Shown here piece by piece: positions 8,159 to 16,475 of a DNA stretch of 64,000 bases. The DNA is taken from positions 2,052-66,051 of the forward strand of contig CAYJEE010000001.1 in the NCBI GenBank assembly GCA_964369145.1. The letters run 5' to 3'. The position numbers and the translations under genes were made by a program. Position 1 is the first letter of the stretch. Each line of letters begins with the position of its first letter. The stretch comes from an uncultured Candidatus Saccharibacteria bacterium (GTDB lineage: Bacteria > Patescibacteriota > Minisyncoccia > Phycocordibacterales > DATDWN01). Below the pieces are notes generated by a model that worked only from the letters and a program-made list of their open reading frames with translations, did not search any database and was not told the origin of the DNA.

Positions 8159-9707
8159 TAAACATACTTTGAGGAAGCTCGTACTGTGTGATCAGTGTAG
8201 TATTTTTTTCAGTGCGTTTGAGGAAGATGATGGTAAAGTCGTCAACATAGACCGGTGCCCACCCTGGATTTTTAATGAGCGAAATAAGAAATTGCTGTGC
8301 CCACGGAGTGCTATCAAGTCGGTAGAACCAGACTGCATTAAAATTATATTCTTTTGATTTTTCTTCCCACACCGCAGGGTTTTCTTGCATCGGTTTGTAG
8401 GTGTCGAAGAAAAATGACTCTGGGTACACCTCTGGTCTGTTGTCGACAAACACTCGCTCTTTGCTTTCAGGAGTAAAGAGGGTGAAGATGAGGAGCCCGC
8501 CGATGTCATAGTTTGAAAAGAAGGGTCCGTTAATATTGTTTTTTTGTACAAAAAGTGCAGAGTCTGCATTGCGAGGATAGAGTCCAAAGCCCCATCGAGA
8601 AGAGCCTAGAAGACGGTCGTTGAACCGGACACAAATAACACAAAGAAGGAAAAAAGAAAGAAAGAGTGAAGCGATGAGTCTGTTCTGTCGCGTATCATCG
8701 TCGGTTGTGGGTGTGAAAAGTGTAGCGAGGAGGTGGGCGAGAAAAGGGAGCAATACAAGGCCGAAAAGTGAGAGGTGTCTAATGCCAAAAAAGCTGAGTC
8801 CTCCAAATGCAAGTGTCATGATACCGAGTGCAAACGGAAATGTTTTGAATTCTTTTTGAATAAAGAAAACGAGACTGGTAATGACTGCGATGAGTGCAGA
8901 GAGCTTCCACCACAAAAAGTTTGGATTGATAAAATTGAGTTTCTGTAGAAACGTGATTGATTGGTTTTCGGCTACCATGTATCCATAATTTTCAAAAATT
9001 CGGAAAGGATAGAGTGCGCCAGAAAGTCCATAAGGACTCACGAGTAGTCCGAGAGCACAAAAGAGTGTGAGTGAGAAAAATACTTTCACTTTCTCCCAGT
9101 CTTTTTGGATGAGACCTTCGCAGAGAAATGTGCCGACGATAAGCGGAGCAAAGATTGCATAGATATGGAGGTTGATCCAGAGTACAGAAAGTAAAGGGAG
9201 GAAGTAAAGGTATTGCTTTTTGAGTTTATTTTCAGAAAATCGAACAAGAAGAAAAATAAATACGGCGATAAAAAGATAGCTTAGGCCTTCAGGGCGAATC
9301 TCGCTTCGTTCGGCGATAAGTGGTATGAGAAAAAGAGATAAAGGAATACTTATAAAAAGAGGTGTGCTTCTGGAGATGAGGAAAAAGATGGCAAGAAACG
9401 CAGCGATGAGTGTGAGGATGTATGCGAGCGAGAGTCCAGTCCATCCAAAAAAGCTATACGTCAGATAGGCGATAATGCCGTATCCCCAGTGATGGTTGAT
9501 AAATGTATAGTCGGGAAACGTAAAAGAAAAAAAGTTGGTGTGGAGGAGTGCGGAGCGAGAAACTCCGTATTCGGTGGCATGCAAAAAAACATCACCGTTT
9601 TTAATATGTCGCCCGATATCTGCTGCAGGGAGATTGATTTTTTGAACTAAAAATAATCCAAGAAAACCAGAAAGAATTAGCGCGGCAACGAAGATGCTCT
9701 TTTTCAT
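8148..9707 (-). CDS. polytopic membrane protein, GT-C-like (ArnT/PMT/YfhO-type) partner of the GT2
   Basis: more than 10 TM segments; overlaps the GT2 stop by about 10 nt, suggesting an operon. Confidence 0.5.
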   Translation of the reverse strand: MKKSIFVAALILSGFLGLFLVQKINLPAADIGRHIKNGDVFLHATEYGVSRSALLHTNFFSFTFPDYTFINHHWGYGIIAYLTYSFFGWTGLSLAYILTLIAAFLAIFFLISRSTPLFISIPLSLFLIPLIAERSEIRPEGLSYLFIAVFIFLLVRFSENKLKKQYLYFLPLLSVLWINLHIYAIFAPLIVGTFLCEGLIQKDWEKVKVFFSLTLFCALGLLVSPYGLSGALYPFRIFENYGYMVAENQSITFLQKLNFINPNFLWWKLSALIAVITSLVFFIQKEFKTFPFALGIMTLAFGGLSFFGIRHLSLFGLVLLPFLAHLLATLFTPTTDDDTRQNRLIASLFLSFFLLCVICVRFNDRLLGSSRWGFGLYPRNADSALFVQKNNINGPFFSNYDIGGLLIFTLFTPESKERVFVDNRPEVYPESFFFDTYKPMQENPAVWEEKSKEYNFNAVWFYRLDSTPWAQQFLISLIKNPGWAPVYVDDFTIIFLKRTEKNTTLITQYELPQSMFSVQ

Positions 9708-9745
9708 ACACTATAGTATACAAATAATTTGCTATACTTACACTC

Positions 9746-10942
9746 ATGCATACACCTACACAGATTATAATTTTCGGCATTACTGGAGATCTTTCGCAAA
9801 AGAAAATTCTTCCGTCTCTTTTTAGTTTGTATGTAGAAGGACTGCTTCCAAAAAAGCTTGTACTCACTGGTTTTTCTCGGCGGGATTTTTCGAAAAGTGA
9901 TATAGAAGACTTCGTGCGTGGTGTGTTGCCCGAGCATGAAAAAAAAGAAGACTTTGTCAAACTTTTTTCATATGTGCAAGGGGATTTTTCTTCGATTGAT
10001 TCATATATGAAGCTACTCGAGCGAGTAGATGCTCACGATATCGACTTTATGCAATGCTCCAACAAGCTCTACTACCTTTCTGTCTCGCCACAGTACTACG
10101 AACATATTTTCCGACTACTCAAAGACTCTGGTCTCAGTTTCCCGTGTGGTGGAGATTTAGGTTGGGCGCGCATTTTGGTAGAAAAACCATTTGGCTCACA
10201 CAAGGAATCTGCAGAGGCACTGAACCTGCTTGTCGAAGAGCTCTTCCAAGAACAACAGGTGTATCGTATCGACCACTACATGGCGAAGACATCGCTCCAA
10301 AATATTATTGAATTTCGAAAAGGAGATGAATATAAAGATAAATGGAATAGTGAGTATATAAAAGAAATTAAGATTGATCTGCTCGAGACTGCAACGGTAG
10401 AAAATAGGGGAGAGTTTTACGATTCACTTGGTGTGGTGTATGACGTAGGGCAAAATCATATACTGCAAATGATTGCTCTGGCACTGCGAGACATCGAGAC
10501 AAACGAGGCTCCAGAAGCTATCGTGCATGCGAGAGAAAAAGTACTCGACTCATTGTCTGTCGATACGGAAAGTGCTCACCGGGGCCAATATGAGGGCTAC
10601 CGGGCACATAAGGGGGTCAGCCAGAGTTCTGAGACTGAAACGTATATAGATATTACATTGCACTCGAGCTTACCTCATTTTGTCGGTGTGCCAATATGGG
10701 TACGATCAGGAAAAGCACAACTACGATCTTTTACTGCAGTGACTGTGCTGTGGAAAAATGGAACTGAAACAGTCTTTGAAACTCCTGCATCCGAGAGTAC
10801 TGGAGCATACAAAAAAGTCCTCCTTGACTGTATGAACGGCGATCAGAGCGTCTTTACATCTGGTCGGGAAGTAGAACTCGGGTGGAAAATTGCGGAAGAG
10901 ATGAAGAGGGTGATACAGCAAAAAATACTTGACATTTATTAA
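9746..10942 (+). CDS. zwf: glucose-6-phosphate 1-dehydrogenase (short form, 398 aa)
   Basis: GITGDLSQKK Rossmann start, EKPFG motif, RIDHYMAK signature. Confidence 0.8.
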   Translation: MHTPTQIIIFGITGDLSQKKILPSLFSLYVEGLLPKKLVLTGFSRRDFSKSDIEDFVRGVLPEHEKKEDFVKLFSYVQGDFSSIDSYMKLLERVDAHDIDFMQCSNKLYYLSVSPQYYEHIFRLLKDSGLSFPCGGDLGWARILVEKPFGSHKESAEALNLLVEELFQEQQVYRIDHYMAKTSLQNIIEFRKGDEYKDKWNSEYIKEIKIDLLETATVENRGEFYDSLGVVYDVGQNHILQMIALALRDIETNEAPEAIVHAREKVLDSLSVDTESAHRGQYEGYRAHKGVSQSSETETYIDITLHSSLPHFVGVPIWVRSGKAQLRSFTAVTVLWKNGTETVFETPASESTGAYKKVLLDCMNGDQSVFTSGREVELGWKIAEEMKRVIQQKILDIY

Positions 10943-10973
10943 TTTAAATGTCATCCTGAATTAAGGAGAAGAT

Positions 10974-11207
10974 ATGAAAAAGCAGACGAAAACCATTCAG
11001 TTTTTCCGTGAAAGACCGAATGGTAATGTGGAGTGGTCAGTGTCGAACCCGGTTGATGGTAGGGGGCAGTGGTATACCGTTACAGATAGCAATCTGGCGT
11101 CATTAAAGGCCAATTTACTAATCAGAAGGAAAGGTGCTGAAGAGAGAGTGGCTTCTTTAAGAGCAGACCTTAGAATTTTAAGAGAAATCAAAGGAAAAAA
11201 AAGTTAA
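10974..11207 (+). CDS. small hypothetical protein (77 aa) with strong AAGGAG SD
   Basis: SD aaggag 8 nt upstream; followed by a long hairpin terminator. Confidence 0.45.
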   Translation: MKKQTKTIQFFRERPNGNVEWSVSNPVDGRGQWYTVTDSNLASLKANLLIRRKGAEERVASLRADLRILREIKGKKS

Positions 11208-11264
11208 CCGCCACTTCGGCGACGAACCAAAATTCGTCACCAGGAAGTGGCGGATTTTGTTTTG
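11208..11264 (+). terminator. long hairpin ccgccacttc...gaagtggcgg + T tract
   Basis: 10-bp outer stem with nested inner stem, then attttgttttg. Confidence 0.6.
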
Positions 11265-11456
11265 TAAAAATAATCACGGGTATTCCGCCCCCACTTCACT
11301 CTCAAAGCTTTTTCACATGCAAGTTTTTAGGAGCCTTGCACAGGAGTTTAGAAAATTAAGACTGTATTCGGTCTATAATTTTCTTGAACGACGAGCAGTT
11401 CGCTAGCCCAGCAGGGCTAGATAGATTGCTCATAAAAACTTGTGTGGGAGAAAGCT

Positions 11457-12269
11457 CTATAAATACTTCTCTATATTTTTCTTATGCTCCTCATACGTCC
11501 TCGCACAGTGAATTCTTCTCTTTTTGTCGTGAAGGTAAAACATACAACTTGTTTTCTGAGGGTTGTATGCTGCCTCGAGTGCTGCTAGTCCTGGGTTTGC
11601 AATCGCGGTTGGCGGAAGACTTTTGTTTTTGTAAGTGTTGTACGGTGAGATAATAAACTTGTCCTCGGATTTTACCTGTGGCCACCAGAGATCTTCGTCA
11701 CCTTTTGCATACTGGAGGGTCGCATCCATTTGAAGCTTCATACCGGCGAAAATACGGTTCCAGATAATGCCGGAGATCAGGCGCATATCACTTTTTCCAC
11801 CAGCTTCTCGTTGAATAATCGAAGCGACGATAAGTGCAGTGTCTTCATTTAAAATCTGACTGGTTTTTCCTTTTTTAATCTGACTTGTTTTTTTGTCATA
11901 GGTCGAGATCATGAGCTTACTCACATCCTTCGGCTCTGCATCTTTCATGATCATGTAGTTCTGAGGAAAGTAAAAACCTTCAGAGGTTTCTTTGCCGAGT
12001 GCGATATGTGCATTGAGGAATTCTGCTTTTTCTTTATCATCCCAGCCGAGTTTGTTTCCTACTGACTCTGCGACTTGTTCTTTGCGCCAACCTTCTTGAA
12101 CATAGATTATGCGCACCGAAGGGTTGGCGAGATTTTGATAAAAAGAAAGTGATGCGAGTTCAGAAAAGGGTATGTTGAAATGATGGAGGAGGTATCCGAG
12201 TGCAATGAGTGGAACAAACGGGACAACCATAAAGTATGGAACTTTTTTGAGTCTAAAGAATCGTTTCAT
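11457..12269 (-). CDS. mltG: MltG/YceG-like endolytic transglycosylase (paralog 1)
   Basis: C-terminal ...NTYKNKSLPPTAIANPGLAALEAA... and N-terminal TM anchor. Confidence 0.7.
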   Translation of the reverse strand: MKRFFRLKKVPYFMVVPFVPLIALGYLLHHFNIPFSELASLSFYQNLANPSVRIIYVQEGWRKEQVAESVGNKLGWDDKEKAEFLNAHIALGKETSEGFYFPQNYMIMKDAEPKDVSKLMISTYDKKTSQIKKGKTSQILNEDTALIVASIIQREAGGKSDMRLISGIIWNRIFAGMKLQMDATLQYAKGDEDLWWPQVKSEDKFIISPYNTYKNKSLPPTAIANPGLAALEAAYNPQKTSCMFYLHDKKRRIHCARTYEEHKKNIEKYL

Positions 12270-12311
12270 GACTTTGAAATATTACATTAATTATAGTATA
12301 GTGGTGCACAT

Positions 12312-12542
12312 ATGTCACTAAAAAATTTTTTCCTTAAAAAAATGCTTGCGTCGAAAATGAAAGGTGTGCCACAAGAAGAGCAAGATAAAATATTTAATAT
12401 GATTGAAAAAAATCCAGATCTTTTTCAGAAGATTGGTACTGAAGTGCAAGAAAAAATGCAAAAAGAAGGGAAGGATCAGATGACCGCAGCGATGGAAGTG
12501 ATGCAGAAACATAAGGACCAACTCCAGGGCCTCATGAAGTAA
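12312..12542 (+). CDS. small Lys/Glu/Met-rich hypothetical protein (76 aa)
   Basis: ORF only. Confidence 0.35.
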   Translation: MSLKNFFLKKMLASKMKGVPQEEQDKIFNMIEKNPDLFQKIGTEVQEKMQKEGKDQMTAAMEVMQKHKDQLQGLMK

Positions 12543-12663
12543 AACTTCCACATTTGGCCAATCTCATCGGCTAAAATCTAGGAACGGTCCTCAACGTACG
12601 ACGTGTACGTCTCCGGTCCCTTCCCAGATTTTATCCGCGACCTTGTCTCAAATCTGAAAGTTT
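12543..12663 (+). repeat. about 120-nt conserved structured intergenic element, copy 1
   Basis: about 85% identical to 32984-33115; contains the acgtac-loop-gtacgt hairpin; stem changes are compensatory between copies. Confidence 0.6.
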
Positions 12664-12763
12664 ATAAATCTCTAGAAAAACGTATGTTTTAAGCTCTGAT
12701 AAAATACCACTCTTGAACCGAGTGATTTTTTATATCCGAATGTGCTATCCACAGCAAATTTTG

Positions 12764-12795
12764 TTGACGGTGAACGTGTGTTCACCTATGATAAT
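12764..12795 (+). promoter_or_regulatory. sigma70-like promoter (TTGACG-17-TATGAT) with Cheo-like LexA box GGTGAACGTGTGTTCACC in the spacer
   Basis: GAAC-N4-GTTC palindrome at 12769-12786 matches the CGAACRNRYGTTYC core 12/14. Confidence 0.55.
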
Positions 12796-12829
12796 GATAT
12801 ACAAGAAACGCATAATAATTATTAAAACC

Positions 12830-13039
12830 ATGAGTAAACAACATTTTGAAAAAGCATTACGAGACGAACTTGAAGTATTAAATGAGACGATTGATCGAAA
12901 GATTATCAAAGGTCTTTCGTACGCAGCTGAAGCTCGTCGTCACAAAACGATTCTTTCTCAAATACTCGAGATACGACGTCGAGAGACACGGTCTGGTTGG
13001 TTTTCTCGCTCATTTGGGTTTACTTCATTTATATTCTAA
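12830..13039 (+). CDS. small helical protein (69 aa) with hydrophobic C-terminus, translationally coupled to lexA (TAATG overlap)
   Basis: ATG at 12830; its stop TAA overlaps the lexA ATG at 13039. Confidence 0.4.
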   Translation: MSKQHFEKALRDELEVLNETIDRKIIKGLSYAAEARRHKTILSQILEIRRRETRSGWFSRSFGFTSFIF

Positions 13040-13602
13040 TGAATTCATACAAAGATAAAATTTTTGCTTTTTACGGTCGGCATAAACGGATGCCAAACTA
13101 TCAAGAAATCATGGATCTTGTTGGTTTCAAATCCAAGAATGCAGTCTACAAACTCATCAACAAACTCATCGATGAGGGTGTAGTGACCAAAGATGCAAAA
13201 GGTAAGCTTGCCCCGACAAAAGCTTTCGATGAAATACCTCTCTTGGGTCTCGTCGAAGCGGGGTTTCCGACTACAGCTGAAGAAGAAAAACTTGAAACAT
13301 TGTCGCTCGACAACTATCTCATCAAACACAAAGAGTCTACATACCTTTTGGAAGTCAAAGGTGACTCGATGATCGACGAAGGGATTAAAGAAGGTGACCT
13401 TGTTATCGTGGAGCGCCGAGGCGATGCAAAAGAAGGGGATATTGTGATTGCAGAAGTCGATGGTGGATGGACGATGAAATACTACAAGAAAAAAGGTAAT
13501 CAAATATACCTCATGCCCGCCAACAAAAACTACAAACCCATCTATCCAGAATACGATCTCAAGATTGCAGCAATTGTGAAGGGGGTAATACGGAAGTATT
13601 AA
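13039..13602 (+). CDS. lexA: LexA-like repressor (wHTH + S24 peptidase)
   Basis: VKGDSM Ser nucleophile and downstream Lys (TMKYYKKKG); N-terminal wHTH IMDLVGFKSKNAVYKLINKLIDEGVV. Confidence 0.8.
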   Translation: MNSYKDKIFAFYGRHKRMPNYQEIMDLVGFKSKNAVYKLINKLIDEGVVTKDAKGKLAPTKAFDEIPLLGLVEAGFPTTAEEEKLETLSLDNYLIKHKESTYLLEVKGDSMIDEGIKEGDLVIVERRGDAKEGDIVIAEVDGGWTMKYYKKKGNQIYLMPANKNYKPIYPEYDLKIAAIVKGVIRKY

Positions 13603-13678
13603 AAGCATTATGCAAAAAATGCATATTACAAAGCCAAAGGGACTCCTTGCGGAGCCCTTAAGCGATACATTTATAGCA

Positions 13679-13758
13679 ACTAGTTCCCAAATGGAACTAG
13701 TTGTTCTGTCATTAAAACCAGATATGTGCATTTTAACTATCCGGAAATTCCGGATAGT
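13679..13758. promoter_or_regulatory. two adjacent perfect 25-bp palindromes aactaGTTCCcaaatGGAACtagtt and aactaTCCGGaaattCCGGAtagtt
   Basis: identical outer arms, different inner 5-bp stems, 5-nt loops; 55 bp apart downstream of lexA. Confidence 0.4.
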
Positions 13759-13920
13759 TAAAGAATAAACAAGACAACCCTCCTTTCGGAAGATTGCCCT
13801 TGGATTGTAGTACCCTTACAGTTATTAAAAACCATAAGACTTACTTAGTATAAATGATTTTTTTATGTTTGCCCATTAAAGGGCGAGGCCGAAGCCACTT
13901 ATAAGACAAGTATATCAAAC

Positions 13921-13970
13921 TATGTAAAAAGTTAAAACCCGCCACGAAGCAATTTCTTGCTTCGGGCGGG
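13921..13970 (-). terminator. hairpin cccgcc-a-cgaagcaa...ttgcttcg-ggcggg + T-rich tail on minus strand
   Basis: 14-bp stem; ends the 13987-14244 minus gene. Confidence 0.6.
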
Positions 13971-13986
13971 TATCGGAAATGAACAA

Positions 13987-14244
13987 TCAGGTCTGAATTG
14001 GAGAGAATCCAATCTTTCTCTTTGCGGGTTTTATTAACTTGCTTAGATGAGCTCTTATGTCCGTAAAGGGAGAGTCGAGGGCGAAGTCGGCAAATTCCGT
14101 GAATTGCTCGATATTCAATCCATATTCCCTCGCTCCGTCCTCAAGCCATGTATGAAGTTTCTTGGAATCTTCTGGGGGTTTACTCGTCCATACTACTCGC
14201 CGAGCAATCGCAAGGGCAATCTTATCACGTTCTTCTTCTGTCAT
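13987..14244 (-). CDS. small hypothetical protein (85 aa)
   Basis: ORF with terminator. Confidence 0.4.
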   Translation of the reverse strand: MTEEERDKIALAIARRVVWTSKPPEDSKKLHTWLEDGAREYGLNIEQFTEFADFALDSPFTDIRAHLSKLIKPAKRKIGFSPIQT

Positions 14245-14329
14245 TTTTCACCTTATAATATAAGAACATATTTAAACATAAATAGCAATAGCTTTAAAAA
14301 AACTATTTTTTATGCAATAATGTTTTTCT

Positions 14330-15427
14330 ATGTCACTTTCTATCGGAATTGTGGGGTTGCCGAATGTCGGGAAATCGACGCTTTTTAATGCGTTGACTAA
14401 AAAGTCTGTGCCCGCGGAAAACTATCCGTTTTGTACGATCGACCCATCTGTGGGGGTAGTACCAGTGCCTGATGAGAGACTCTACAAGCTTGCTGATTTT
14501 TCTAAAACCCAAAAAACATTGCCTGCGGTTGTGGAATTTGTGGATATTGCAGGTCTCGTAAAGGGGGCTTCGACTGGAGAAGGATTGGGAAATAAATTTT
14601 TGCAGAATATCCGAGAGGTAGACGCGATCCTTCAGGTGGTGCGTATTTTTGAGGATGTAAATGTGATTCATGTGCACAATGAAGTGAACCCTCTGTCTGA
14701 TATTGAAGTGATCAACCTCGAACTCGTGCTTGCAGACCAGGAGACTGTCGCAAAGCGTATTTCAAATGTACAAAAAGATGTTAAAAAAGGTGATAAGGAA
14801 GCAATCTTTGAAGCAGAAGTGCTCGAACGAGCAAAAGCACAGCTTGAGCTTGGAAAACTTCTCAACCAGCTCGAACTCACAGAAAAAGAAGCGCTTGCGC
14901 TCAAAGGTCTTCACTTGCTGACCATGAAGCCAATCATGTATGGGCTCAACAAAAAAGCGGGGAATAAAAACCTCGATGAAATGAATGATGAGCGATACAA
15001 AAAACTTATTGCATTTTTCGAAGAACAAAAAGCACAGTATGTGATTATCGATGCGGGTATTGAACATGAACTCAAAGATTTGGAGGGAGACGACAAAGAG
15101 CTTTTCAGAACTGAGCTTGGTGGAAAAACTGATGGTATCGATGAACTGATCAAAGCAGGCTACGCTCTTTTGGATTTGATTACCTACTTCACAACCGGAG
15201 AAAAAGAAACTCGTGCATGGACTATTAAAAAAGGCTGGACTGCGCCGCTCGCAGGTACTGCAATCCACACTGACTTTAAAGACAAGTTTATCAGAGCTGA
15301 AGTAGTCTTTTGGAAAGATTTGCTTGACTCAGGCTCATATGGAGCTGCTCGTGAAAAAGGTCTTGTTCGTACTGAAGGGAAAGAATATATTGTGAAAGAC
15401 GGTGATGTGATTGAGTTCCGTATCTAG
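14330..15427 (+). CDS. ychF: ribosome-binding ATPase YchF (Obg-family GTPase + TGS domain)
   Basis: GIVGLPNVGKSTLFNALT P-loop; C-terminal TGS. Confidence 0.9.
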   Translation: MSLSIGIVGLPNVGKSTLFNALTKKSVPAENYPFCTIDPSVGVVPVPDERLYKLADFSKTQKTLPAVVEFVDIAGLVKGASTGEGLGNKFLQNIREVDAILQVVRIFEDVNVIHVHNEVNPLSDIEVINLELVLADQETVAKRISNVQKDVKKGDKEAIFEAEVLERAKAQLELGKLLNQLELTEKEALALKGLHLLTMKPIMYGLNKKAGNKNLDEMNDERYKKLIAFFEEQKAQYVIIDAGIEHELKDLEGDDKELFRTELGGKTDGIDELIKAGYALLDLITYFTTGEKETRAWTIKKGWTAPLAGTAIHTDFKDKFIRAEVVFWKDLLDSGSYGAAREKGLVRTEGKEYIVKDGDVIEFRI

Positions 15428-15473
15428 CTGGAAAGTGTGGTATAATAGGTTAGTTACTCATTAATATCACTCT

Positions 15474-16400
15474 ATGGAACCAAACACACAACCACGTTCT
15501 CACGCGAAAGATGTTTTCTTGAATCTCGCTTCAATGGTTACGCTATACGCATCTGCAGCTGCATTGCTTAATCTTTTGTTTTCAATAATTAATAAAGTAT
15601 ATCCACAGACATTGGGATATTACTATTCACCGTCAATTAGTCTACCTGTCGCAACACTTATTATTGTATTTCCGCTCTACATCCTCTTTATGTGGCTTAT
15701 TGAAAAGGATCTTGCGAGCTCAATCGAAGGTCGGATGTCCGGTATTCGAAAATGGCTCATCTATATCACTCTCTTTGTTTCAGGAGGATTGATTGTGGGG
15801 GATTTGGTGACAGTTCTTTATTATTTCCTCGATGGTCAAGATATCACTGCGGGATTTTTGCTTAAAATCTTGAGTATTATTGTAGTGGCTGGTGCAGTGT
15901 TTGGATACTACATCACTGATGCTCGAAATAAACTAACATCTACAATGAGAAAAAGTGCAACGATTGTATCTGTACTTTTTGCTCTGGCGGCAATTATTGT
16001 TGGCTTTTCAGTTATTGGAAGTCCTCAGTCACAGCGACTCATGAAATACGATCAGCAGAAATTCTCTGAGTTACAGATGCTTTCAGGTCAGGTGCGTGAG
16101 TACTATCAGAAATCAAATACTCTACCTCAAACTCTCACTGAGCTTGCTCAAGGTTTCTCATATCCTCTTGCTACAGTAGATTCTCAGTCGGGTACATCAT
16201 ATGTGTACAAGATTATTAATGCAAATACATTTGAGCTTTGTTCGACATTCAATTTCGATGCTGATATGTCGGTGACACGACCCACATACTATTATTCCGA
16301 AGATCCACTCAATACGTCAGTGTGGAATACATACAAAGCAGGAGAATACTGCTTTACACAAACTGTTTCAAATAATCCAATACAAAAACCAACAAATTAG
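15474..16400 (+). CDS. polytopic membrane protein with C-terminal soluble domain
   Basis: 5-6 TM then a Cys-containing tail. Confidence 0.45.
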   Translation: MEPNTQPRSHAKDVFLNLASMVTLYASAAALLNLLFSIINKVYPQTLGYYYSPSISLPVATLIIVFPLYILFMWLIEKDLASSIEGRMSGIRKWLIYITLFVSGGLIVGDLVTVLYYFLDGQDITAGFLLKILSIIVVAGAVFGYYITDARNKLTSTMRKSATIVSVLFALAAIIVGFSVIGSPQSQRLMKYDQQKFSELQMLSGQVREYYQKSNTLPQTLTELAQGFSYPLATVDSQSGTSYVYKIINANTFELCSTFNFDADMSVTRPTYYYSEDPLNTSVWNTYKAGEYCFTQTVSNNPIQKPTN

Positions 16401-16475
16401 AACGATTAAAAACACCTCGACATGCATCGAGGTGTTTTTGCAAAATGTATTTTTCTGTTGTACTATATTATCACT

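Noticed and set aside
13045-13731. 228-aa ORF on the minus strand
   Set aside because: Entirely antisense to the well-supported lexA-like gene; low-complexity and Cys-rich, with no start context. Shadow ORF.
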